Source: Mobula hypostoma (Eukaryota). Taken from it: a stretch of 64,000 bases of DNA. Of this stretch, positions 50,683 to 63,621 are shown one piece after another; within the stretch, counting starts at the first letter, position 1, and the number at the start of each line of letters is the position of its first letter. The stretch spans positions 5,270,001 through 5,334,000 of the forward strand of contig NC_086109.1 in the NCBI RefSeq assembly GCF_963921235.1, in the 5' to 3' direction. A program made the position numbers and the translations under genes. Under the pieces are notes generated by a model. That model was not told where the DNA came from. It ran no database searches and was given only the letters and a program-made list of their open reading frames with translations.

Positions 50683-52870
50683 ATGGACAAGGATAGATCT
50701 GGTCCTAGGGTTGAGGTTATGAACTGGAAGAAGGCCAAATTTGAAGAAATGAGAAAGGATCTAAAAAGCATGGATTGGGACAGGTTGTTCTCTGGCAAAG
50801 ATGTGATTGATAGGTGGGAAGTCTTCAAAGGGGAAATTTTGAGAGTTCAGAGTTTGTATGTTCCTGTCAGGATTAAAGGCAAATTGAATAGGAATAAGGA
50901 ACCTTGGTTCTCAAGGGATATTGCAACTCTGATAAAGAAGAAGAGGGAGTTGTATGAAATGTATAGGAAACAGGGGGTAAATCAGGTGCTTGAGGAGTAT
51001 AAGATGTGCAAGAAAATACTTAAGAAAGAAATCAAGAGGGCAAAAAGAAGACATGAGGTTGCCTTGGCAGTCAAAGTGAAGGATAATCCAAAGAGCTTTT
51101 ACAAGTATATTAAGAGCAAAAGGATTGTAAGGGATAAAATTGGTCCTCTTGAAGATCAGAGTGGTCGGCTTCGTGCGGAACCAAAGGAAATGGGGGCGAT
51201 CTTAAATAGGTTTTTTGCGTCTAAGGAAGCTGGCATGAAATCTATGGAATTGAGGGAATCAAGTAGTGAGACCATGGAAACTGTACAGATTGAAAAGGAG
51301 GAGGTGCTTGCTGTCTTGAGGAAAATTAAAGTGGATAAATCCCTGGGACCTGACAGAGTGTTCCCTTGAACCTTGAAGGAGACTAGTGTTGAAATTGCGG
51401 GGGCCCTGGCAGAAATATTTAAAATGTCACTGTCTACAGGTGAAGTGCCGGAGGACTGGAGAGTGGTTCATGTTGTTCCGTTGTTTAAAAAAGGATCGAA
51501 AAGTAATCCGGGAAATTATAGGTCGGTGAGTTTAACGTCAGTAGTAGGTAAGTTATTGGAGGGAGTACTAAGAGACAGAATCCACAAGCATTTGGATAGA
51601 CAGGGGCTTATTAGGGAGAGTCAACATGGCTTTGTGCGTGGTAGGTCATGTTTGACCAATCTGTTGGAGTTTTTCAAGGAGGTTACCAGGAAAGTGGATG
51701 AAGGGAAGGCAGTGGATATTGTCTACATGGACTTCAGTAAGGCCTTTGACAAGGTCCCGCATGGGAGGTTAGTTAAGAAAATTCAGTCGCTAGGTATACA
51801 TGGAGAGGTGGTAAATTGGATTAGACATTGGCTTGATGGAAGAAGCCAGAAAGTGGTGGTAGAGAATTGCTTCTCTGAGTGGAGGCCTGTGACTAGTGGT
51901 GTGCCACAGGGATCAGTGCTGGGTCCATTGTTATTTGTCATTTATATCAATGATCTGGATGATAATGTGGTAAATTGGATCAGCAAGTTTGCTGATGATA
52001 CAAAGATTGGAGGTGTAGTAGACAGTGAGGAAGGTTTTCAGAGCCTGCAGAGGGACTTGGACCAGCTGGAAAAATGGGCTGAAAAATGGCAGATGGAGTT
52101 TAATAGTGACAAGTGTGAGGTATTGCACGTTGGAAGGACAAACCAACGTAGAACATACAGGGTTAATGGTAAGGCACTGAGGAGTGCAGTGGAACAGAGG
52201 GATCTGGGCATACAGATACAAAATTCCCTAAAAGTGTCGTCACAGGTAGATAGGGTCGTAAAGAGAGCTTTTGGTACATTGGCCTTTATTAATCAAAGTA
52301 TTGAGTATAAGAGCTGGAATGTTATGATGAGGTTGTATGAGGCATTGGTGAGGCCGAATCTGGAGTATTGTGTTCAGTTTTGGTCACCAAATTACAGGAA
52401 GGATATAAATAAGGTTGAAAGAGTGCAGAGAAGGTTTACAAGGATGTTGCCGGGACTTGAGAAACTCAGTTACAGAGAAAGGTTGAATAGGTTAGGACTT
52501 TATTCCCCGGAGCATAGAAGAATGAGGGGAGATTTGATAGAGGTATATAAAATTATGATGGGTATAGATAGAGTGAATGCAAGCAGGCTTTTTCCACTGA
52601 GGCAAGGGGAGAAAAAAACCAGAGGACATGGGTTAAGGGTGAGGTGGGAAAAGTTTAAAGGGAACATTAGGGGGGGGCTTCTTCACACAGAGAGTGGTGG
52701 GAGTATGGAATGAGCTGCCAGACGAGGTGGTAAATGCGGGTTCTTCTTTAACACTAAAGAATAAATTGGACAGATACATGGATGGGAGGTGCATGGAGGG
52801 ATATGGTCCGTGTGCAGGTCAGTGGGGCTAGGCAGAAAATGGTTCGGCACAGCAAAGAAGGGCCAAAGGA
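50683..52870 (+). mobile_element. CR1 LINE ORF2 (RT), 5'-truncated, stop at 51367
   Basis: QHGF...DFSKAFDKVPH...[13 protein letters not shown]...KFADDTK...[13 protein letters not shown]. Confidence 0.92.
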
Positions 52871-53179
52871 ACTGAGTAACACCATAAGTAGCCTTTACAG
52901 GGTGTCTTTTATGGAAATGTTCCTGCAATCATGATGGTTTCATGGCTTCATTAGACAGTACAGTATTACAAATGAGACACATGGGCCATCACTGATCTGA
53001 CGAGAACTGTGCTGCAGTTTCTATGGTTTCTATGATTTCCAAAGAGAAAAGCTCTAGCTTGCTCAACCTTTCCTGATAAGACATGCCGTCTAATCCAGGC
53101 AGCATGTTGGCAAATTTCCTCTGTAAAGCTTCTATACCCTTTCTATAATGAGCAGCTGGAGTGCTTGCTGCATTTTACT

Positions 53180-54165
53180 CATAGTCATACTTTATTGATC
53201 CGGGGGGAAATTGGTTTTCATTACAGTTGCACCATAAATAATTAAATAGTAATAAAACCATAAATAATTAAATGGTAATATGTAAATTATGCCAGGAAAT
53301 AAGTCCAGGACCAGCCTATTGGCTCAGGGTGTCTGACCCTCCAAGGGAGGAGTTGTAAAGTTTGATGGCCACAGGCAGGAATGACTTCCTATGATGCTCT
53401 GTGTTGCATCTCGGTGGAATGAGTCTCTGGCTGAATGTACTCCTGTGCCCAACCAGTACATTATGTAGTGGATGGGAGACATTGTCCAAGATGGCATGCA
53501 ACTTAGACAGCATCCTTTTTTCAGACACCACCGTCAGAGAATCCAGTTCCATCCCCACAACATCACTGGCCTTACCAATGAGTTTGTTGATTCTGTTGGT
53601 GTCTGCTACCCTCAGCCTGCTGCTCCAGCACACAACAGCAAACATGATCGCACTGGCCACTACAGACTCGTAGAACATCCTCAGCATCGTCCGGCAGATG
53701 TTAAAAGACCTCAGCCTCCTCAGGAAATAGAGACGGCTCTGACCCTTCTTGTAGACAGCCTCAGTGTTCTTTGACCAGTCCAGTTTATTGTCAATTTGTA
53801 TCCCCAGGTATTTGTACTCCTCCACCATGTCCACACTGACCCCCTGGATGGAAACAGGGGTCACTTGTGCCTTAGCTCTCCTCAGGTCTACCACCAGCTC
53901 CTTAGTCTTTTTCACATTAAGCTGCAGATAATTCTGCTCACACCATGTGACAAAGTTTCCTACCGTAGCCCTGTACTCAGCCTCATCTCCCTTGCTGATG
54001 CATCCAACTATGGCAGAGTCATCAGAAATCTTCTGAAGATGACAAGACTCTGTGCAGTAGTTGAAGTCTGAGGTGTAAATGGTGAAGAGAAAGGGAGACA
54101 AGACAGTCCCCTGTGGAGCCCCAGTGCTGCTGATCACTCTGTCGGACACACAGTGTTGCAAGCAC
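53180..54165 (-). mobile_element. Rex1/Babar-clade LINE 3' part
   Basis: GAPQGTVLSPFLF...LNVKKTKELVVD...YKKGQSRLYFLRRLRSF; a 3' fragment of the same family lies at 17030-17245 (+). Confidence 0.85.
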
Positions 54166-56069
54166 ATGTACTAAACAAAGAAATAACTTTCTCTGCAGGT
54201 GAACAGAGGATTCCTCAAAGGGAAGAATGGTCTCATCCAAAAACATCAACTGTTTCTTCATTTCCATAGATACTGCCCTGACTTGCAGAGTTCCTCCAGC
54301 ATTTTGTGTGCGTTTCTCTAGATTCCTAGCATTTGCAGATTTTCTTGTGTAAAAGATGATCCTTGTTGTTTTCAGTCATGAAAGGAGGAGCAAGTTAAGC
54401 TTGGAAAAAGTTTATATGAAGGCCATTTCTGTCCTCCAAGCTCTCAAATGAACCTCTTGACCATGGCTGCATGTTTTTATCCACTGAGCTGCTGCCACAT
54501 GATTCAGTGATTAGATATTTGCATTAACGAGCAGGTGAGCAGGTGTTCCAATAAAGTTTCCACTCAGTGTGTGTTGTGAAAATCCCAGGAGATCAGCAGA
54601 TTCTGAGATGTTCAAAACACCCCATCGAGCACCAAAGATCATCCCACCATCAAAGTCACTGAGGTCACATTTCAATCCCATTCTGATGTTTGGGCTGAAC
54701 TACTGAACTACTTCTTTTCTAGTTACATTTAATGGCGGTAGGCAGACCACCGTAAGGTGTATTACGGCCATCTGCTGATCATCTAGGTGGTGGGGTGGAG
54801 ATACATCTCTACTAAAGGAGGTGTAAGGTGCTCCTTCCTCTGTTAGCCTGCAGGCCACCCTTGGGCAAGGTGTAGCACCTGCTTAGCCCCCCCGATCAGG
54901 GTCATGTGAAGTCATGGGAGCAGGTGGTGGATGGTCGTGGGAGCAGGTGGTGGATGGTCGTATGAGCAGCTGGTGCAGATCACAAGTCCTGGTTATGTGA
55001 CCGCTGACACCAGGCAGACAATCTCTGAAGAGTATTGTTAATGGTTGGAGTCACCCATCTTGTACAGACACTGCCCAGAAGAAAGCAAAGGCAAACCACT
55101 TCTGTAGAAAAATTTGCCAAGAACAATCATGGTCATGGAAAGACCATTATTGCCATGACATACGACACAGCACATAATGAACGAATGAACAGAGCATCAT
55201 TCAAGCGCACCAAATACTTCTCTTCCAGGAAGTCTCCTTCCAGCACCCCTTTCACATCTGTGTCACTACAACCTCACACAGTACTATGAACATTAAATTC
55301 CCCTGACCATTATCTCACCTTACATTCCATTGTAGGACTTTTAAAAAAAGGAAAAAAAGAGGGGAAAAAAAAGAAAAGAAAAATATTAACAGTCCTTCTC
55401 CGACCATTAGCTAGCAAACATTTAGCATTCCATTGTGAAAAAAGGGAAAAAAAAAGAGAATTTCTGAAAATTATACCAAAACAATAAGTACTAAGTTTCC
55501 AACACCAGTGTAGACTTGTTTTCTACACTCCAGCTTGCTGTCTCATTCTGTGCTCTGAGGATTCAAAGGGTTAGGATAGTCAGACCAGAAGACACAGGAG
55601 CAGAGTTAGACCATTCAGCCCTTTGCCACCATCCTATCACTGCTGATTTATTATCTCTCGCAACACCATTCTACTGCCTTCTCCCGCTGACACCCTGACT
55701 AATCAAGAAACTATCAACTTCCACTTTCAATATACCCAATGACTTGGCCTACATGGCAGTCTGTGTCAACGGCTTCCACAGACTTACCATCTGGCTAAAG
55801 AAATTCCGGTTCATCTCTGTTCTAAAGGGAAGCCTTTGTATCCTTTGCATTCTTTCCCACTGTCCAATGTGTCAACTTATAATGTTCCACCAATGTCCAG
55901 GTTAGAACACTCTCAGCCTGACATCTCTGTACACTTCACTCCTTGGCTGCCTTGTCCACAAAGGTGTACCACTCAGTTTAGTTGACAGAGTGAGTGAGAG
56001 GATTTATGGCTGAAAGGAACTGATCAGAGCAGGCACCATCTGAGAAAGAGCAAGCTGAAGATTGTTGGT

Positions 56070-57370
56070 CCCATTCCTCATGTTATTGTGAGGCCTCACT
56101 TGGAGTGTTGTCAGCAGTTTTGGGCCTCTTATTGAAGAAATATCCTGCTGACATTGGAGAGGGTCCAGAGGAAGTTCACGAGAATGACCCTGGAAATGAA
56201 AGAGTTAATGTATGAGGACTATTTGATGACTGTGGGCCTGTAGGTGCCGGAGTTTAGAAGAATGATGGGCAATCTCAGAAATTATATGGTGAAAGGTAGA
56301 GCACTGAGGAGTGTGGTAGAACAAAGGGGTCTGAAAATACAGGTCCATAGTTCATTGAATGAGGCAGCTCAGGTAGATAGGATCATAAGAAAATCTTCTG
56401 GCATGCTGGCCTTCATAAATCAAAGTACTGAGTACAGGAGGTTGGATGTTATGTTGAAGTTGTATCAGACATTGGTGAGGCCTAATTTGGAGTATTGTGT
56501 CCAGTTTTGATCACCTACCTGCAGGAAAGATATAAATAAAGTTGAAAAAGTACAGAGAAAATTTACAAAGATGTTGCCGGGACTGGATAACCTGAGTTAT
56601 AAGGAAATATTGAATAGGTTAGGACTTAATTCCTTAGAAAGCAGAAGATTGAGGGAGATTTGATAGAGGTATACAAAATTAGATAGAGTAAATGCAAACA
56701 GGCTTTTTCCACTGAGGCTGGGTGGGACTATAACTAGAGGTCATGGGTTAAGGGTGAAAGCTGAAATGTTTAAGAGGACATTGAGAGGGAAACTTCGTCA
56801 CTTAGAGGGTCGTGAGGGTGTGGAACAAGTTCCCAGTGCATGTGGTGCATACAATCTTGATTTCAATGTTTAAGAGAAGTTTGGATGGGTGCATGGGGCA
56901 CTATGGTCCTAGTGCAGGTGGATGGGAGTAGGCAGTTTAAATAGTTCTGCATGGACTAGATGGGCCAAAGGGCCTGTTTCTGTGCTGTATTTTTCTATGA
57001 TTCTATTACTCTCTCTCATTGAAACTTAAAATATTGGAAGGCCTAGTCAGAGTGAACGTGGAGAGGCTACTTCCTATAGTGGGGGAGTCTAGGACCAAAA
57101 GGCACAGCCTTAGAATACAAAGATGTCCCTTTTAGAACAGTGGTGAAGAGCAATATCTTTAGCCAGAGGGTGGTATATCTGTGGGATTCATTGCCACAGA
57201 CAGCTGTGGAGGCCAAGTCATTGGGTATATTTAAAGCAGAAGTTGATAGGTTCTAGATTAGTGAGAGCATCAATGGTTACACAGAGATGGCAGGGGAATT
57301 GGTTTTGGAGGCCATGTTAGAATGGTGGAATATATTCAATGGGCTGAATGGCCTAATTCTCTTCCTATAT
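56070..57370 (+). mobile_element. Nested CR1 3' fragments
   Basis: LVRPNLEYCVQF motif and CR1 3' UTRs. Confidence 0.75.
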
Positions 57371-58094
57371 GGACTCAATTTTGCTTCGCCATTCGGTGGC
57401 TGATCTGATTTTGGGGTCAGTTCCACTTTGCTCATCACTATCAGGTGGCGATCTTCACCCCTAAGGTAGTTAATGACTCCAGCAAAGGGTAATCTTCTGA
57501 AAAGATAGAGCGCGAGGCAAAGATACAAGTCAGCATTTTGGGTTGTAGCTCCATATCAGGAGTATGGGGGCAGACGAGAAAGGATAGACTATAAGATAAG
57601 ATTAGCTTTATTTGTCACATGTCCATTGAAACATACAGTGAAATACTCCATTTGTGCCAACGACTAACACAGTCTGAGGATGTGCCAGGGGCAGCCCACA
57701 AGTGTTACCATACTGGAAGAAAATAAATCTCAAGGTCATATGCGGTGACTTAGGCATACTTTGACAATACATTTACTTGACTTTGACTGTCTGTGCCAAC
57801 ATAGTATGCCAACCCTAACCCATATTCTTTGGAATGTTGGAGGAAATTGGAGCACCTGGAAGAAACCCACACAGTCACAGGGAGAACATACAAATCAATT
57901 ACAGATAGCAGTGGAGTTTGAACCCGGGTCGCTGGCGTTGTATTAGTGTTGCGCTAACCACTACGCTACTGTGCCGCCATATTCTAAATGTAAACAATAA
58001 TTTAGAAATTACTCGCATGTGCTTCTGAGTATGTTAATCACTCAGTCCACAATCCAAAGGTCAATGTGTGACCTCATTGACCTTTAGAATTTCA

Positions 58095-58270
58095 TCTGTA
58101 CCTCTGATCGACCTTTGCCCTTTGATCCAGGCCTCTGATCAACCTTTGGCCTTTGATCAGGACCTCTGATCAACCTTTGGGCTTCTGACCAGCCCTTGGT
58201 TTCGATCCAGACCTCCAACGAGCTTCGGGCTTTGATCCAGTCATCTGATCGACCTTTGTCATTTGATTCA
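58095..58270. repeat. Short degenerate tandem repeat (~29-30 bp, cctctgatcaacctttggcctttgatcagga)
   Basis: About 5 imperfect units visible. Confidence 0.7.
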
Positions 58271-58368
58271 GACTGTAGTGGACAAAAGTCTTGGTGCATG
58301 TGAGGAAGGAACTGAAACCCTCCTGCCTGTACCACTCCCCATCTACACGCACGGGCGAGGAGACTCAC

Positions 58369-58494
58369 CCAGGCTGGACCAGTTGAACTCAGCTGGATAC
58401 ACTGGCTGTCTGTCGGCCGCTGTGGAGCTATTTGCTTCTATCGTGGTAGTTGGCTTCAGCTTCCCAGGAGCAGCGTGCTCCCCCCTTTCATTGA
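58369..58494 (-). CDS. Candidate internal exon (126 nt, phase 1-1), Ser/Thr-rich
   Basis: ttcttttcacatgaag|TC...CTG G|gtgagt; reads VNERGEHAAPGKLKPTTTIEANSSTAADRQPVYPAEFNWSSL; the only open frame is the one matching copy D exon 1. Confidence 0.4.
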
Positions 58495-58884
58495 CTTCAT
58501 GTGAAAAGAAGATAAGAACATTAGAGGCGTTCAGACAGGCAGATAAACAGACCAGGAACAGAGGGATATGGATCATGTACAGGTGGATGAGCAGTTTAAA
58601 TTGACACCGGGTTCAGTACAGACATGGTAGACCAAAGGGCCTGTTCCTGTTCTATATTCTATAACGTGAAAAACTGAAGTGGGAGGAGGACATTCAGCCC
58701 TTTGTCTCACAATGAAACGGAAGCTGACTATTTGATCTTAGTGACACCTTCCTGCTCTATCAACAGGCAGAACTAGTGAGAGAATTAGGGGGTTCTGAAT
58801 GAAGGTCAGTACTATCACGCATCACTTAAAGATAAGGTTCTTTATTCATCGGAATTCTAAAACCAGAGGGATGTGGGTGATGGG

Positions 58885-59482
58885 CGTGGTTCCTTCTAAG
58901 GATGTGTGGGTGCATGGCTGCACAATAACTGCAATGCTCATACGCACATAGCCTTTGTTGCCATGCAGTTAATATAATTTAGAAAGTGTGCTAGTATAAT
59001 TTTGAAATCTGTGTTAATATAATTGTGAAATACCCTGGAATTAATTTTGTGTTAATGAATACAATCCACAAATTTTCTAAATAATACAAATTTTACTTTG
59101 AAACATTTTAGCACTTCAAAATATTTACATTATCAGTGTTTCAAGTTACAACACTGTTACAAATTGTAACATTAAGTACAGAATAGAAGTCAGACTGGGT
59201 CATTGTTAATAACCACCAGCCTGTCAAATACCAATACCATCTAAGTTTAAAAGTTTATGAAACATGAAAGATTTTCTTTGTTGTATTGTATTTCATTATA
59301 CCCTTCAATTGATAAATAACATCAAAAGTATGTGATTTTTCAATTTTCATTCTAAATATTCATAGTGTGCATGTTACAATAAAATAATATTTAAAGTGCT
59401 GTGTATTTTTTAGGCTGTGTAAAAATGTCCTGCTCAGAGCAATGGTTGGTCCACACAGCTTTTAAAAAAAGAGGAAACTTTG
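58885..59482. mobile_element. Hybrid hAT MITE beside copy D exon 1
   Basis: Right end followed by ATCACCTG as in copies A-C; left end cgtggttccttctaag has a different flank (gtgatggg); longer internal sequence. Confidence 0.65.
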
Positions 59483-59646
59483 ATCACCTGCCAGGGATGA
59501 AGAGAGTGCAGAAATCTCAAGCTATGATCTAACAATTCCTGTCAACAACCTTCACCCAAAGTCACCGCCGTGGGAGGAACACCGTCAGCTGGGGGAGATG
59601 TACAGACGGGAGGAACGGGTTGCACTGAGAGTTCGTTGATACTTAC

Positions 59647-59710
59647 CATCATTTGTGTGACAGCCAGTGAGAAACAACAAGATGATCCCGTAACTTGGGG
59701 CGAGCGTCAT
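59647..59710 (-). CDS. Copy D: signal-peptide exon paralog with no linked Gla exon
   Basis: [22 protein letters not shown]|gtaagt intact; no Gla or EGF exon found by eye in 40000-59600. Confidence 0.65.
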
Positions 59711-59844
59711 CTTGCTTTGTCACCGTCCGATCCGATGTATTGGAGAGACACGATAGGGGATTTTGCAAATGGATCTACCTCATTCAGATCACAGTTACAC
59801 TCTTTACATAGTCAGTATTTTGTCTTTGTTTTGGAAATATTTAT

Positions 59845-59857
59845 GTTAATAAGTAAC
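59845..59857. promoter_or_regulatory. HNF1-like site, copy D
   Basis: GTTAATAAGTAAC, one mismatch. Confidence 0.45.
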
Positions 59858-59922
59858 CAACGATTTTGAAAAACTTTCACAAGAGTACAGAGAGGATGAA
59901 TTTTTGGAAGTCAGTTCTGGTA

Positions 59923-62900
59923 CTGAATAAACTCTTCTCGCACTTCCAGCCAGGTACAGGTATTGATTATAACCGACTCCGCCATCTCAATCAGGGATGA
60001 TGCCGGTCTCGACAGGTGATATTTATGTCTCCCCCACCCCACCCCTCCGGAGCCCGTCCTTCCTGATTGGTTAGTCCTTATCCAATCAGGTTTCCGCTCT
60101 CCCACCTCGTTTACAGTCGAGTTCCAGTTTTAACTAAGGACTACTTAGGCGTTGTTAAAATTCTTTTCCTCTTGTTTTATTTCAATGGCTTCTTTTACCA
60201 GGCGGTCCCAAAAGCCGTTAGCGCGGCACAATAGTTGTATGCCGTCAAAGTCAATCTTATGGCCATTTGCGAATGCAGTGTTCCGCTACGGCCGATTTCT
60301 CCAGGTAACCCAAACGGATACACCTCCTGTGTTCCTTGATACGCGTTTCCACCGTGCATCCCGCCTGGCCGATGTACGCTGCTCCGCATTCACAGGCGAT
60401 CCTGTAAACGCCGGCCGACCCGAGTCCCAGATCTTCTTTGACCCACATAAACTGTGATTTGCGTTTCGTTGCGGGTTTGTGGATGGTATAGAAACATAGA
60501 AACATAGAAAATAGGTGCAGGAGTAGGCCATTCGGCCCTTCGAGCCTGCACCGCCATTTATTATGATCATGGCTGATCATCCAACTCAGAACCCAGCCTT
60601 CCCTCCATACCCCGTGACCCCTGTAGCCACAAGGGCCATATCTAACTTCCTTTTAAACATAGCTAATGAACTGGCCTCAACAGTTTGCTGTGGCAGAGAA
60701 TTCCACAGATTCACCACTCTCTGTGTGAAGAAGTTTTTCCTAACCTCGGTCCTAAAAGGCTTCCCCTCTATCCTCAAACTGTGACCCCTCGTTCTAGACC
60801 TCCCCAACATCGGGAACAATCTTCCCGCATCTAGCCTGTCCAATCCCTTTAGGATCTTATACGTTTCAATCAGATCCCCCCTCAATCTTCTAAATTCCAA
60901 CGAGTACAAGCCCAGTTCATCCAGTCTTTCTTCATATGAAAGACCTGCCATCCCAGGAATCAATCTGGTGAACCTTCTTTGTACTCCCTCTATGGCAAGG
61001 ATGTCTTTCCTCAGATTAGGGGACCAAAACTGCACACAATACTCCAGGTGTGGTCTCACCAAGGCCTTGTACAACTGCAGTAGTACCTCCCTGCTCCTGT
61101 ACTCGAATCCTCTCGCTATAAATGCCAGCATACCGTTCGCCTTTTTCACCGCCTGCTGTACCTGCATGCCCACTTTCAATGACTGGTGTATAATGACACC
61201 CAGGTCTCGTTGCACCTCCCCTTTTCCTAATCGGCCACCATTCAGATAATAATCTGTTTTCCTATTTTTGCCACCAAAGTGGATAACTTCACATTTATCC
61301 ACATTAAATTGCATCTGCCATGAGTTTGCCCACTCACCCAACCTATCCAAGTCACCCTGCATCCTCTTAGCATCCTCCTCACTGCTAACACTGCCACCCA
61401 GCTTCGTGTCATCCGCAAACTTGGAGATGCTGCATTTAATTCCCTCATCCAAGTCATTAATATATATTGTAAACAACTGGGGTCCCAGCACTGAGCCTTG
61501 CGGTACCCCACTAGTCACCGCCTGCCATTCTGAAAAGGTCCCGTTTATTCCCACTCTTTGCTTCCTGTCTGCTAACCAATTCTCCACCCACACCAATACC
61601 TTACCCCCAATACCGTGTGCTTTAAGTTTGCACACTAATCTCCTGTGTGGGACCTTGTCAAAAGCCTTTTGAAAATTAAATTGGTAATTTCTCAGGATCT
61701 TGGCGATCCTTCCAGAAACCATGGAAATATAGGGAAGACAGGCGGTAGTGGCGGGTTCCTCTTCCTAGAGATGCTGCCTGGCCTGCTGCGTTCACCAGCA
61801 ACTTTGATGTGTGTTGCTTGAATTTCCAGCATCTGCAGAATACCTGTTGTTTCCTCCTCGTTATTCGGTTTCCTGGGTTTTCCTTCGGACCTCTTGAGAG
61901 CCCGATTGATTTCCTTCACCTTGTAGCCATTCTGTAGGAACGTCGTGCATAATCGTCTTAATTCATCTGGGAGACTCTCTGGGTCCAAAATAGTTTTCGC
62001 ATGGTTAATTAAAGTAGAAAGAACCGCTCTATGTTGAGAGGCGTGATGGTAGCCGTTATTGTTGAGGTACAAGTCCGTGTGAGTGGGTTTCCGATAGACG
62101 CCATGTTCATTGTTCGCAGTAGTTCCCCTAACAGAGGAAGTCCGTCGATCTAAGTGTGTGTTCCAAAAGGTCAGTGGTGTCCTTATCAAACCTTGGTCCT
62201 TAATGGGAACTCTCGTGAACAGGGACACCACGTCCAAACTGTCCGTTATGTCCTCCGGGTTCAGTTGGTTGTTGGTTATCGTTTGATGAAGTCGATGGAA
62301 TTCATGATGTGGTTCTCACAGCCCCCAACAAAGGGAGAGAGCATGATGGTTAAATGACCCATAGTGCCTGGAGGGCCAGTCGTTCTTTAAAAGGGGAACA
62401 ACTTTGAAAGAAGGGACGGAGTGGCCATATGTCGGGATTGTCCTTGTCACTGGCTGTTGCTAATTTCTACATGGAACCCTTTGAGGAGAGAGCTCTGAGT
62501 CATCTCCCTTAAGCCCCAAGTGCTTCTTCAGATACGTCAATGTCACCTTCAGAGTGTGGCCTCGTGGACTCCGGCACTGCAACAGTTCCACGACCAGCTG
62601 ATCAGTATACATCCAAACATTCAATTTACAATGGAGATGGAGGAGAATGGTTGCTGACCGTTCCTGGACATTCTCATACAATGGAAACCGGACGGTAGCC
62701 TCGGACATGGCGTCTGTTGGAAACGCACACACACATGGACGTATACTTCGGCAATAACAGCCACCATCATGCCTCCCAGAATGGAGCGGTTCTTTCTACT
62801 TTGATTAACCGTGTGAAAACTATTTCGGACCCGGAGAGTTTCCCAGAGGAAATAAGATGATTATGCACAACGTTCCTACAGAATGGCTACGAGGCGAAGG

Positions 62901-63621
62901 AAATCAGTCAGGCCCTTAACGGGCCGAAGGAAAAACCAGGAAACCAAACAACGAGGAGGAACCCGTCACTACCGCCTGTCTTCCCTGTAATTCCACGGTT
63001 TCTGGAAGGATCGTTAGGATCCTGAGGAAATACCAGATTAATACCATCCACAAAGCCGTAAGGAAGCTCAAATCACAGTTTACGCGGGTCAAAGATGACC
63101 TGGGACTCGGATCGGCTGGCGTTTACAGGATCCCCTGTGAATGCGGAGTAGTGAGTATCGGCCGGACGGTGCAAACCCGCACCAGGGAGCACAGGAAGGT
63201 ATCCGTTTGGGTCACCAGGAGAAATCGGCCGCAGGAGAACACTGCGTTCGATAATGGCCACAGGATTGGCTTTGACGGCACGGAATTACCGTGTCGCGTC
63301 GATGGCTGTTGGGTCCGCCTGTAAAGGAAGCCGCTGAAATAAAACTAGAGGAAACGAATTTTAACAAAGACGGAGGTGTCGCTCTTAGTAAGAATCGGAA
63401 TTAAATTGTAAGCAAGGCGGGAGAGCATAAACCTCCAGGGGCGGGGGAATGAGGGAAAATAAATACCACCAGACTAGACACTCACAGGCATCATCCCTGA
63501 TGAAGATGGCAGAGTTTGTCATCGAAACGTCGGTTATAATCAATACCCGTACCCGGCTGGAAACCCGAGAAGAGGTTATTCGTCATATACGCCGGGAAAG
63601 CACTAAATCCTTTTTTCAGAG
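59923..63621. mobile_element. Penelope-like element with two inverted partial copies, inserted in copy D promoter
   Basis: GIY-YIG motif GVYRIACECGAAYIGQ on (-) at ~60330-60420, mirrored on (+) at ~63115-63165; RT fragments DVVSLFTRVP and YRKPTHTD; CTGGTA flanks both ends. Confidence 0.8.
60487..61675 (-). mobile_element. Young CR1 LINE 3' part nested in a Penelope-like element
   Basis: Intact RT C-half in ORF 60586..61722; (tatgtttc)n tail. Confidence 0.9.

Noticed and set aside
50683-52713. Long RT ORFs as a host gene or active LINE
   Set aside because: 5'-truncated CR1 with an internal stop and a 3' frameshift.
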